Shown here one piece after another: positions 50,330-62,768 of a stretch of 64,000 bases of DNA. Source of the DNA: Octopus vulgaris (Eukaryota); contig OX597822.1 of assembly GCA_951406725.2 (NCBI GenBank), positions 22,444,001 to 22,508,000 of the forward strand, read 5' to 3'. Position 1 is the first letter of the stretch. Each line of letters begins with the position of its first letter. Position numbers and translations under genes: made by a program. The notes beneath the pieces were generated by a model that was not told where the DNA came from, made no database searches, and worked only from the letters and a program-made list of their open reading frames with translations.

Positions 50330-52530
50330 CAGGCTTCCATCTCTTCTCGAATTTCTCATGTGACAATTACTGTTTCTTGAGCCTGATCTTGCTGCTGAGG
50401 TGGTAGCTAAAAAAGTTAACCAACCCCTTGCCAGATAACAAAGGTACCCGTCACAATCCCTTTCACATGTGTCTTCCATACCGTTTCTTTTAAAATGGCT
50501 ACCACGCAGTAAAAACAGGCCTTCCTTTCCCCGCTAAGGAAAGAAGGACTCAGCTGATAGCTGTACTCTTCCCATTGATGACAACAGTTGTTCCGTGAAA
50601 GCTATCAATCCCGATAATTCCGGACATCCCACAAATGCGTGCAAGATGGTTTCCCTGTCCTGCCCACACCTCGGACATGACGACGAGACGGCACTTCTGT
50701 GCCTTGACAGCTTATCATGAACCGGTAATGCCACACGGAAGCACTGCCAAGCCAGGGATTTCTGGCAATTATCCAGATACCTCGGCCCGAATGTACTCCT
50801 GAACAGGCTGCTCAACTGATTTTCATTGTAGCCCAGGGTCTCCCCCAAGGCGTCTTCAGACATGAATCCCACTAACCCGCTATAAAAATCCATGGCGGAA
50901 CTTCTGCTGCCAGCATTGCCCGCCCGAGAGAGTAGCTGAAGTGCCTGATGGCACTCCAAATGACATTTTCCCAGTTTAGGTCTCTGCTTGATCCATGTAC
51001 CAATGTCCATTAAGGATGTTAACCTCGGAAGGTAGGACCGGACGTGCGGCGACCACACCTGTTCTCCATCCAGGTAAAGCCAGAGGTGTCTCAATCTTAA
51101 CACGAATTTTCGCATCCTCAGCCAAGGCATCCCTAGCCCACCCATTAGTGGTTTCTGGCAGCAGACAGAGCGCTTCACAAGAGGCTTTCCTCCTTTCCAT
51201 AGAAAGCGGAAAAGGATTCTCTCCAACTTGTTCAGCCACAAATCCGGGCAAGGCACCACGGTCAGATGGTAGGTGATAACAGATGCTATAAACATCTGCA
51301 CCACCTCCGCCTTTTCTAGCAAGGATAATGTCCGCCCAGACCAGGTCTGGGCTAGAGCAGTCACCTTACTGGCTACATCACTCCAAATTTTCTCTCTCTG
51401 GAGGTCTGATCTAAACCAAACACCAAGCAGTTTAACAGGACCTTTTGCCCTACGATGTTATTGGACGTCATTGGCTTGCCTCTCCAGGTGCCAAGTTGCA
51501 AACTGACTGACTTGTCCTTGTTAACCTTTGCTCCTGCCACCCCCTCGTAACTTTTGATGGCCTCTTCCACCACTGGAAGCTAGCTCTCATCCGCCACGAT
51601 GATGGAAATGTCATCTGCATACGCTGTAGCTCCATCTCTGCACCACAGATCATTTGGTGCGCCTCCTAGTGCTTCCAACTTCCGCAGCAGTAGCTCAAGA
51701 GTCAGTACATACAAAAGCGGAGACAGGGTCACCCCTGACGCACTGAGCGTTCGATCCTGAATGGTTTTGAGAAAAATCCATTTATTTTGACTGTAGACTC
51801 GATGTCGCTGTACAAAGCAGCAATCCAACCGCTGAAAGTCGGGACTAGGCCAGCCTTTCCGAGGACTGCTGCCAAGTACCGGTGGTCGACCCTATCAAAC
51901 ACTTTAGACTGGTCTAAATGTACCAGTGCCCCTCCTGTACCAGTAAGATTCCCTACCCTCTCTAAGATGTAGCGTAGAAGATGGAGATTGTCTTGGATCG
52001 ACCTGCCTGGGATGGCACAAGTTTGCGCCTTCCCTACAAGTCTGTCTACGACTCGCGCCAACCTTTTTGCAAACACCTTGGCCAAAATCTTTAACTCTGT
52101 GTTTAGCAGAGTTATGGGCCGAAAGTTACTAATCTCGTCCCTCTTGCTCGGGTCCTTTCTTATTAGCGTCACCACCCCTTGGCTTGCAGACTTCGGAATT
52201 CTCCCATTCTGCTGCCAATTGGTGTAAACACTGGCCAGCAGGTGCCCGAACAAGTCTGGCATATTCTTATAAAATCCATAGGGTAGACCATCGAGACCCA
52301 GCGACTTCTCCCCGGGGCATTCGTCCAGCACCTCGATCACTTCCTCTGCTGTGATTGGCCCTTCACAGCAGAGACATGGGCCGCCAGACAGGAAGTCCCT
52401 AAGGGCCTCACCATGATCTAGCCTCCCAAACAACTCGGCGAAATGTTTGTAAAGCGCCTCACACATCTCGTCCCGTCCTTCGACCGAACTCCCACTATTG
52501 TCAGTCAGAGACCTAATTGTGGCATCATTA
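50330..52530 (-). pseudogene. Tx1 ORF2 (RT plus C-terminal zinc finger), frameshifted, endonuclease missing
   Basis: KSLGLDGLPYGFY, NFRPITLLNTELKILAK, LDQSKVFDRVDH, SVRQG, LSPLLY, AYADD, GGLGMP and CPRCGQDRETILHAFVGC, split across ORFs 51729-52613, 51580-51828, 51373-51573 and 50534-51364. Confidence 0.93.
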
Positions 52531-52569
52531 CCAAGCTGGGTTTGTGTATGCTGGGGTTGGGTCTTTTCA

Positions 52570-53137
52570 TTACTTTGTTTGGGGGTGGAACCACAACAGG
52601 GGAATGGGAGCATTTGATTTTGTGGGGGTCAGTGTATGTGTAGGGTTTGGGATATTTTGAATAGTTGTGAGGACTGGTGTCTGTAACAGTTTTTTCTTGT
52701 TTTCCTCTTCTTTCTTTTTTGTTTCACAATCGCTTCGAATGTGGCCTTTTTTCCCACATTCGAAGCAAGTAACCTTTTTACCCTCCGCTTGAACTCTGAG
52801 GGTAACTTTCTCACCCACGTGTACCCGGTCCGGAAGGTTTTCAATGTCTTCCGGTTTCCCTTGGATGATGGCTGAAATGCTCTGTCTTGTCCAGTATTGG
52901 GAGGCAGAGCATGAGACCTGGAGAAATTGTATTTTGTCTGTCTTGTTATACAACAGGGCAGCCATCACCTCCCGAGGTTCTATTTCCGGCGGCACATCCG
53001 TCACCCTCACACGAGAAGTACGTCTTCCCCTGTAAGAGGGTAGAAGCGCCACCCCCTTTGTCTTCAAGGGGCTAACCGAGTACTCCTGTGCTAACTTCTC
53101 CGTCTTGAAACGGACTTCAATGGTTGCAAAAACTTCG
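52570..53137 (-). pseudogene. Tx1 ORF1 (gag-like) fragment
   Basis: RVRVTDVPPEI...VTCFECGKKGHIRSDC (CX2CX4HX4C). The reading frame is cut off at about 53137. Confidence 0.88.
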
Positions 53138-53383
53138 GGTAAAATTACAGATTAACACCCGCACGATTTTCACTAAGAAAAAAAAAACTCGGATTTTTTG
53201 CGTGGAATCAAGTACCTGACCTCCTAATATGCTGGAAATCCCATATTTTGGTTCGGAATTGGTCCGGAGGGGGATGGGATTTCCAGCATATTAGTAGGTC
53301 AGGGTACTTGATTGCACGCAAAAAATCCGAGTTTTTTTTTTTTCTTAGTGAAAATCGTGCGGGTGTTAATCTGTAATTTTACC
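53138..53383. repeat. About 108-bp near-perfect inverted duplication with a 29-bp spacer
   Basis: 53138-53244 is the reverse complement of 53274-53383. Confidence 0.95.
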
Positions 53384-53506
53384 GTTGCTTTTACTCCATG
53401 CTTTAGTATATTTAACCGTCGAACTCTAATGTTTTGAATTTGTTTACGTGACGGTTCAGTTATTAAACACGCCGTAAGAATATCTTCAGTGTACTTTGTT
53501 AATATA

Positions 53507-54523
53507 ATGCCACTTACTCCGTTACTAATTCGTCAGCAGATTATTAAGCTTCGAAAGAAGGATAATTTAAGTATTGGGTCTATTGCAAAGATTATTAACA
53601 AGTCAAAAAGTTTTGTTCACGGTATTCTTAAGGTCTACGATGATTGTGGTCCGTGTGAAGTAAAAAAGTCTACAGGTAGGCCAAGAAAAACGACCAAGAG
53701 AGAAGATCGTGCTATAGTAAAGTTGGTTAAAAAGGATAGATTTAAAACTGTTGCTGCTGTTTCTCGGGAAATGAGCATTGTATTGAAGAAAACTTTATCT
53801 CGAAAAACTGTGTCTCGTCGTTTAGTTGAACATGACCTACAAGCAAGAGCACCTGCAGTGAAGCCACTGATCAGCTTCAAGAATAAAAAGTGTTGTCTTA
53901 CCTTTGCAACCAAACATGTGTTGTGGTCTCAAGAAAAATGGCAAACGGTGCATTTCAGTAATGAATCTAAGTTTATCTTATTTGGCTCAGATGGGAAAAG
54001 GTACGTTCGTCGAAAAGCAGGTGAAAAATTGTCACCTAAATGCCTTAAGACTAGTGTTAAATTCGGTGGAGGAAGTATTATGGTTTGAGGGATGATATCT
54101 GGAGATGGTGTGGGCCCTTTGGTGCGATTACATGGAAAGGTAAATGCAGGAGTTTATAAACAACTTGTAAAAGATCATGTCTTGTATGTGCTGAGAAATT
54201 CAACTAAGCGACCACCCATATTCATGCAGAACAATGCCCCATGTCACAAGGCTAAGGTGGTCATGAACTTCCTCAAGGCTGAAAAGGTTATTGTTATGGA
54301 TTGGCCTGCTCAAAGCCCAGATCTCAATCCTATGGAAAATGTGAGGAATATTCTAGGAGAACGTTTGAAAGCCAGAAATCCTAAAACAACCGAGCAATTA
54401 TGGAATGCACTTCAGGAAGAATGGAATAAGATCACCCAGCAAGAAATTGAAAATTTAATTTCCACATGCAGTCGAAGATGTCAAAGTCTGATTGAAGCTA
54501 AAGGGTTTTGCACTAAATATGAA
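53507..54523 (+). pseudogene. Tc1-family (DD34E) transposase pseudogene, no TIRs recognisable
   Basis: GRPRKTT..EDR, FSNESKF, VKFGGGSIMV*G (TGG to TGA at 54086-54088, same frame continues), FMQNNAPCH, WPAQSPDLNPMEN, GFCTKY. Confidence 0.95.
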
Positions 54524-54787
54524 ATAATTCCAGCATTCTCTGTCATTTTTTATTATTATGTCATTTGGGCTTTTAGTCCACCTCATCCAACTCGCAAAAC
54601 TTTGGTTAGCCAGAAGCTATAGATTAAGATATTTGCCCAAGATGCCGCACAGAGGCCACTGAGACAGTTCCAACCAATTTTGATTGAATTGTTTCAGTGA
54701 CCAGCTGAAAGTTGTATGTCAAAAGTTTTGACACCTCATTAAGTAAATTTAAATTTAAAGTGAATTTAACAGATTCAACATCAATAT

Positions 54788-55122
54788 CATCATCATCATC
54801 ATTTTTATTATCATCGTTTAACATCTGTTTTCCATGCTGGCATGGGTTGGACGGTTTGACTGAGGTCTGGAGAGTCAGCAGCTGCACCAGGCTCCAATCT
54901 GATCTGGCAGTGTTTCTACAGCTGGATGCTCTTCCTAACGCCAATCACTCTGAGAGTGTAATGGGTGCTTTTTACATGCCACCAGCACAGGAGCCAGTCA
55001 GGTGTGCCTGGCATTGATCACGTTTGGATAGTGCTTTTTACATGCCACTGGCACAAGAGCCAGTCAGGAGGTACTGGCATCAGCCACGTTCAGTTGGTGC
55101 TTTTCATGTGTTACCGGCACAT
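54788..55122 (-). mobile_element. RTE 3'-UTR-derived short repeat with (GAT)n tail
   Basis: catcgtttaacatctgttttccatgc...ctacagctggatgctcttcctaacgcca. Homologues at 60334-60580 (-), 55565-55843 (+), 22190-22392 (+) and 36760-36870 (+). Confidence 0.8.
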
Positions 55123-55140
55123 ATGTTATTAAATAGCTCT

Positions 55141-55306
55141 CCTTAATATAGACATTTCAATTTGAACACAGTTTCAAGTTACTAGACAAATAACACTTGA
55201 AAGGTCTTAAGTTTTTGTAATAAAACAGAGAACTAAGAAAACTTATAAGTTTTATTTGTCTAGTAACTTGAAATGGTGTGTTCAGACTGAAGTGTCTATA
55301 TTAAGG
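55141..55306. repeat. Fold-back/MITE-like element with about 58-bp inverted arms
   Basis: ccttaatatagaca...caagttactagacaaataa pairs with ttatttgtctagtaacttg...tgtctatattaagg. Confidence 0.85.
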
Positions 55307-56051
55307 TAACAAAAGAATGGGTAACAAAAGTAGCACATATAATAATATGGACAGTTATATTGGGTTCAAAATTTTTGGGTGGGAATAAGCTGATTACAAT
55401 GACCTCAGTTGTCAACTGGGACTTATTTTATCAACCACAAAAGGATGGAAGGCAAAGTTGACCTCAGCAGAATTTGAACACAGAACATAAAGACGAATGA
55501 AATGCTGCTAAGCGTTTTGTCGGGCATGCTAACAATTCTGCCAGCTCTCTGCCTTTTAATGTAGGCTACCAGTGCAACATAAAAAGCACCCATGCCAGTG
55601 CTGCATAAAAGCACTCGGTACATTCTGTAAAGTGGTTGGTATTAGAAAGGGCATCCAACCACAGAAACCATACTAAAACAGACATGGAGCCTGGACAGCT
55701 CTCTGGCTGACCAGCTCCTGCCAAACCATCCAACCAATGCTGACATGGAAAACAGATGTTGAATGATGATGAGGATGATGGTGGTGGTGGTGGTGGTGGT
55801 GGTGGTGGTGGTGGTGGTGGTGGTGATGATGATGATGATGATGAGCTATATTATCACAGTTATTTACTCAAGGTAACAATCTTACAGAACCCTATGCACA
55901 ATTCAGATGCTGGAGTTGGAAAGACAACATCCAGGTCTCCTGGATGTTAAGATATAGAAGTTCATGTCCTTCTCTGCTGGTTTTCATGACCAGCTGTCTG
56001 TACATAATCAGAGACCCTTTTTCCATAAATTTTAATTCTATCTTTACTTAA

Positions 56052-56271
56052 CCCGTTTGTTACAATATTTCTGTTGAGATGCTCTGTTTCTTTCAATTAA
56101 ATTTAAATATAACAAAGAATTTAGTAAAATAACTTAGTTACCATTAAGCTAGTGTTAGGAACATAAATTGTGACTAAGGTTTGGTGGAAGATTTTAATTC
56201 AGAACTTTGGAAAACAAGACATTTGTATTACAGACGCAGAGATGGTTTCAGCCAGGTTGGTATCAAAAGGA
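56052..56271. mobile_element. piggyBac-type MITE, second copy
   Basis: TTAA at 56048-56051 and 56272-56275, colinear with 14403-14623. Confidence 0.85.
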
Positions 56272-57325
56272 TTAAATCATACAGTTTGTTATAAATCATC
56301 TCTCTATTGATCATTTGTTTTTGGAAACACTGTAAATTTCATAACTTCCTATGATTGGAGGACAGTGGCCCCTCTTTGCGCATTCTATTCACTTTATTTT
56401 ATTTCTTCTCATTTTCTTTCCTCATCATTCTCAGCAATTTGCCATCATTGTTAATTCTCTACATCCTGACTATTTACACACGGTCCATATTTATTCAAAG
56501 ATTCCTTTACTTTTAGTATCTCTTTGATACACATACGTATATGTAAGTGTATGTGTGTGAGTAGGTTTATTGCAAGGAAATGAAGCTGGGTATTGAGCTG
56601 AGATTTAATTTTGCATTAGCTGCCACACACACACACATACACATACACACACTGGAGCAACATTATATATATATAAATAATATGCAGGGTAATCAGAAAT
56701 ATTAGAAATTTCCATTACCAGTGTGCATTAACTCCTGGAGTTAGATCAGCTCATTCAATTTGTCCAGAAAATTGAAGCAAATAGCAGGGAATTCTCTTCC
56801 TTTGTTCCCCATCTCTCAGTCAGTCTCTCTCTCTCTCTCTCTCTTTCTCTCTCCCTTTCTCTCTGTGTTTCTAGCATGACTGGTAATGTGGAGGTGATAT
56901 TAATATTATGATCGTAGAGATGGCATTGATGTGATGGTGGAAATAGTTTTGTTGCTATTGTTGGTGGAGATTTTGGTGGTGGTAAGGATTTTGGTGGTGA
57001 CAGCAATTGCAATAGTGATATTATATATGTGTGTGTGTGTATATGATGGGCTTCTTTTAGTTTTCCATCTGCCAAATCCATTCACAAGGCTTTGGTCAGT
57101 CCAGAGCTATAGTAGAAATATATATATATAAATAATATCAGGGTAATCAGAAATATTAGAAATTTCCATTACCAGTGGCTTAACTCCTGGAGTTAGATGG
57201 CAAATGTTTTTATTTTTCATTCCCTTCAATATTTTATCTCCAATAGTGGTTTGGAATGTAACTGTCCTCTCTAGCATGCAGGTAATCCTATGATGGCTAC
57301 CTCTTATGCATTTAAATGTACACTG

Positions 57326-57370
<45 letters not shown>

Positions 57371-57375
<5 letters not shown>

Positions 57376-57538
57376 CGCAGGAGTGGCTGTGTGGTAAGTA
57401 GCTTGTTTACCAACCACAAGGTTCCGGGTTCAGTCCCAATGCGTGGCACCTTGGGCAAGTGTCTTCTACTATAGTCTCGGGCCGACCAAAGCCTTGTGAG
57501 TGGATTTGGTGGATGGAAACTGAAAGAAGCCCGTCATA

Positions 57539-57569
<31 letters not shown>

Positions 57570-57768
57570 GCATGTGTGTGTGTGTGTCTGTGTTTGTCCC
57601 CCTAGCGTTGCTTGACAACCGATGCTGGTGTGTTTATGTCCCCGTTACTTAGCGGTTCGGCAAAAGGGACCGATAGAATAAGTACTGGGCTTACAAAAGA
57701 ATAAGTCCTGGGGTCAATTTATTTGGCTAAAGACGGTGCTCTGTCACACAGTCACAATGACTGAAACA

Positions 57769-57799
<31 letters not shown>

Positions 57800-58284
57800 G
57801 CGCACACACACTTGCACACACACACACATATATATAGATATAGGTGCAGGAGTAGTTGTGTGATAAGTAGCCAACCACATGGTTCCAGGTTCAGTCCCAC
57901 TGCATGGTACCTTGAGCAAGTGTCTTCTTCTATAGCCTCAGGCTGACCAAAGCCTTGTGAGTGGATTTGGTAGATGGAAACTGAAAGAAGCCCATCATTT
58001 TATATATATATATATGTGTATGTGTGTGTTTTATATATATATATATGTGTGTGAGTGTGTATATATGTTTGTGTGTATACATGTTTGTGTATCTGTGTTT
58101 GTCCCCCTACCATTGCCTGACAACCGATGCTGGTGTGTTTATGTCACTGTAACTTAGTGGTTCGGCAAAAGAGACTGATAAAATATTTACTAGGCTTACA
58201 AAGAATAAGTCCTGGCGTCAATTTATTTGGCTAAAGACGGTGCTCTGTCATAGTGGCAGTCAAATGACTGAAACAAATAAAAGA

Positions 58285-58286
<2 letters not shown>
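57371..58286 (+). mobile_element. Two tandem SINE family A copies (57371-57767, 57840-58286)
   Basis: Both have head, CORE-like part and tail. Both share the unusual tail variant tcaatttatttggctaaagacggtgctctgtca. Confidence 0.9.
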
Positions 58287-58321
<35 letters not shown>

Positions 58322-60333
58322 TGGTCACACATATACACATATGCTCACACAGAGAAACAGGCACACACACAATAAATATTGATTGATATACTTGAAAGAC
58401 TGGACATTAAATGAGAAGAAATATATTTCCAAGCAGAAAAGGGTATTACTGTTGCCTCTCCCTCTCTCTGATGCCTATTCTTCTCTCTATCTTTTTATAT
58501 AACTTAGATACCTACCTGTCTATCTACCTACCTATGTATCTACCAATATACCCTACCCACCCTTTTATCTACCCATACACCTGCCTACCTATCTTCAGTA
58601 ACTCCATCCTGATCTACCTACCCTCCCATCTATATACCAATCTGCATAGTTCTGTTATCTACCTGTCAGCCCTTGCTTCTTCCTTCCATCCTTACCTTCC
58701 TACCTACCAATCTACCCTACCAACCTATTTATCTACCCACCACCTTACCACATATCCATCTAAGAAAGAATTTATTTCAGTCTAACTTAATAAAATAAAC
58801 TAAAAATATTTTTGCAAACATATTAAGTATTCTCCTTCAAATAAATTACTTTTGGGTAAATGTCGGTTCGTATGTTTTTAAATAACTGTACATATTTCTA
58901 TGTTTATATAACTGAGCATGTGTATATGTAATTGTGTATGTGTTACCATGTATTGCTGCTTGTGTGCATACATTTGAGCTTGTGTGTATGTTTGTATAAC
59001 TGTACACATGTGCATATGCATGTAATAGCACACCTGTGAGTAGGTATGTATTTGAACTAGTGTATATATTTGTGTGCGTATTCAATAATGTAGGAATACT
59101 ATGAAGTACTTATGCATGTGTGTGGGTGTGTGTGTGTGTGTGTGTGCATATTTGGCTATTTATTCTATGAGACTTTCCTCTTTATGTTCCAAATGCTGAT
59201 ATAATCACTTACTCTGTGGTACACATAGTCAGTCAACTATTTAGAAATCACAAATAAAACATATATATATATATATAAAACTATATAACTATACATTGTG
59301 AGCTGGAGCAATCTGCTGTTATCTCTAGTGAATGAGTATCCACTACTGAGGATGAACACAAATAGCTCGACACTGTACGGACTGGTAGTCCTGTCGCTGG
59401 AAGATGGTAGAGGTTCACTCCCTTGCTTGCAATATATATTGGGTGCAGATTGCATCAGATAACCAGCTGAAAAAGGTTCCTCCTGGGGTTAAAATGGTCG
59501 TAAAATCGATACCTATGGAATATCCATGTCAAAGTAGTGATAAGCACTACTTCTTTGTATAGTTATTACTCTCATCTTTTATAGAGATTTTCTAACTAAC
59601 AAATAAGACAGCTTACAAGGACCTATACAATCACACATTTACACTGTATACACCTCTCTCATGCAATATCTTCTATAAGTGCAGACATGGTTGTAGGATT
59701 AACAAGTTTGCTTTGCAACTACATGGTTTTGAGTTCAGTCCCACTGCATAGCACCCGGAGCAAGTGTCTTCTACTTTAACCCCAGACCAATCAAACTTTA
59801 TGAGTGGATTCAGTAGATGGAAACAGGAAGAGAACCCCACCTGCATGTGTGTGTATGTGTGTGTGTGTCTTAAGCAGGATCTTGTTTTTAGGAATTCCCA
59901 ATAAGTTATGAAGACCCAAATTGTGAAGTCAGTTATGTAATAACATGAAATCAGTTACCTGATAGTAAGAATTCAAATAAAGTAGCCCAGAAAAGGGCTT
60001 TAATGTGTTCCCAGAGTATATAGTACATAGGAGGAAATACTAATAAGGTATGTATACTAAAATCATGAAGCATGTTACGTAATAACAGGCTAATCAGAAA
60101 TGAGATAATAACAATTCTAAGTAAATAACTGTGAAGAAGCTTTTGTGCATTCTCAGAGAATATTATCCTCTGCAGCGCTAGTGTTGGTATATTTGTGAAT
60201 AAGTCACTAACCGAAAGAAGTGGATCTATTGTTTAGGAAAATACTATTTACTTGTTTAAGTGTTGTACTAGATAAATGGCGAAAATAACTCAAATAGTTC
60301 AAATATTAAGAAATATGCATACTGAAATTGATT

Positions 60334-60580
60334 TCATCATCATCATCATCATCGTTTAACGTCCGTTTTCCGCGCTAGCACGGGTTGGACGGTTTCGACC
60401 TGGGTCTGGGGAGCTCAGGACTGCCCCAGGCTCCAGTCTAGTCTGGCAGTGTTTCTACAGCTGGATGCCCTTCCTAACGCCAACCACTCCACGAGTGTAG
60501 TGGGTGTTTTTTACGTGCCACCTGCACAGGTGCCAGAGGGGTCTGGCATCGGCCACGTTCGGATGGTGCTTTTTATGTGG
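60334..60580 (-). mobile_element. RTE 3'-UTR-derived short repeat, young (CpGs retained)
   Basis: (CAT)n cgtttaacgtccgttttcc...ggatgcccttcctaacgccaaccactcc. Confidence 0.85.
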
Positions 60581-60827
60581 GGGGGTGCAGAAATATAGGG
60601 GAGCACCAGTGGGGAGGGGTGGTTCAGAGAAATGATGACAGGTTCTAGGCAAGTAGAACGTAGGATATCGAGAGAGGGGTAATGCATGGTGAAATAGCGT
60701 ATTGAAGAGGGGGGTTCGAAGAGTAGACACCTATAATGGTGGTGGGAGAAGCGACATCCGGTATAGATGGAGCAAAATATAGAGATATCCGGTATTGATG
60801 GTGGGGGTGGGCAGGGCGGGTGCACCG

Positions 60828-60853
60828 CGAAGATACGAAGTTTGATTTTAGAC

Positions 60854-60887
<34 letters not shown>

Positions 60888-61278
60888 GAATTAGATAGAT
60901 AGAGAAATTTGATAAATAGTTAGACAGATAGAGAAACATAAATAAATGTTAGCCGAAGTGAAAATTAAGCATTCAACTTATCTGTGCTCAGGACTACAGC
61001 TTGTAGATGAATGAGAGAGTGAGAGTGAGAGAGAGAGAGAGAGAGAGAGAACATATGTGTATTAGAGGGGGCATACTTCAAGATGGCGCGAAGATACGAA
61101 GATACAAAGTTTGATTTTAGACGAAAGATAGATAGATAGATAGATAGAGAAATTAGATAGATAGAGAAATTTGATAAATAGTTAGACAGATAGAGAAACA
61201 TAAATAAATGTTAGCCGAAGTGAAAATTAAGCATTCAACTTATCTGCGCTCAGGACTACAGCTTGTAGATGAATGAGA

Positions 61279-61310
<32 letters not shown>

Positions 61311-61322
61311 ACATATGTATAT
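60828..61322 (+). repeat. About 235-260-bp tandem duplication containing (GATA)n and (GA)n
   Basis: gcgaagatacgaag...gaacatatgt at 60828-61058 and 61088-61319. Confidence 0.9.
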
Positions 61323-61851
61323 ATATATCCCCCCCCCTTTTTGTACACACACGCACACACATCCACATTTGCATATATATATACCTTACACTTACACGCA
61401 CTTCAAATTTACTTGCCATACATACAACTACGCACACTGGACACACACACACTACCACTCAACACACACACTGGCACGTTACATACGCCCCCACCCTTTC
61501 CCTCCTTCCTCCTTTTTTTACCACTGACCACTCACTTGAGACTTGCTATGTCAACTACTGTTCGCCCTACTACACACACTTACATACAGATGCACGCACT
61601 AACATATACATATATTTTTTGTTTTTTTATCTCGCCTCACACACACATACACACACGCACACGCACACACTCACACATACATACACATCATTTTTTGTTA
61701 CCAACCTTCCTGTCTCCACTCTTTTGGCTTTAAAAACCTACTTTGCCCTTGTTATCCAAAACTTCCGGTCTTTCAGCATGTGTACTTCGTAAACACCAGT
61801 TGCATAATTTACAAACATGAATGGGTTATTTCTCTTGGATGTTTAAAAATA

Positions 61852-62372
61852 CCATAAATCCTTGAGTATAATCCGCATTTTTTTCCCAAAATTTAAAGGT
61901 CAAAATCTCTAGTGCGTACTATATATGAGGTTAAAAATGAAAAGTATTTTCTAAGCAACGTCCGAGTCTCTATTTGCTGTCCGGCAATGTTTATTCAGAC
62001 GCATTTTGTGATGTTGGGTGTGAAAATACCTTAAGAAAGCCTGAAAACAAGGAAGTCATAAAAGAATCATCCATAACTTGCAGTAAGCAACATTTATTAA
62101 AATGAAAGTATTCAGAACATAGAATAACATGTAACAAAAATAATTTGCAAACATATTTACATTCCCATATAACAGTTAAGAACATCACCATTATTGTATT
62201 AAGCATGCATGGAAGTGTTTGTTCGACTAGGTGCTGCTGGTTTAATTACTCATGGCTCAAGTTAGAGAAGTGGTGTATATTATACATAAGGTTTAGGTTG
62301 TTCAGAGGTACGGCCCCCTAAAAATCCCCTGCATATTATACTTAAGGGCCGACTATACTCAAAGATTTACAG
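61852..62372. mobile_element. Non-autonomous pogo/Tigger-type (Tc1/mariner superfamily) element, 521 bp
   Basis: TA at 61850-61851 and 62373-62374, TIRs ccataaatccttgagtata / tatactcaaagatttacag. Confidence 0.8.
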
Positions 62373-62768
62373 TAATATATTACTTATATGTAGTAGATAC
62401 AAGAATCCCTTCCAGAGGCCCTATTATCGATTTTTTCAACAATCTATGTCACTAGTTTTCCAGACATGAGTTCTACTCATGAGTCAATTTTCATCAAAAT
62501 CGATAAAACGATGTAGGAGGAGTTAGATAACAATGCCACAAACAAACACACCCACATATTTAGTAAATGTTATAATTAACGTTTAGATTTAAATTTAAAA
62601 TTTGAAAAATTTGAACTGCATTTTGGGTATGTCCCAAGTACTATGCCAGCAAAGTACATTCACTGTTTATGGCTACCTGGTATCATCCACAGAAATTGCA
62701 CGATTGTCGCTGGATCTACGTTAGGAATTTCACAGTGCATGTTGAGTATAGTAGAAACAATTGATACA

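Larger units (their letters stand above)
50063..53137 (-). mobile_element. Tx1/L1-clade non-LTR retrotransposon, 5'-truncated and internally deleted
   Basis: ORF1 with a CCHC knuckle, ORF2 RT and zf-RVT, and an AT-rich 3' UTR ending about 50063. Confidence 0.93.

Noticed and set aside
55756-55950. Poly-Gly/poly-Asp ORF
   Set aside because: (GGT)n/(GAT)n microsatellite tail of an RTE-derived repeat.
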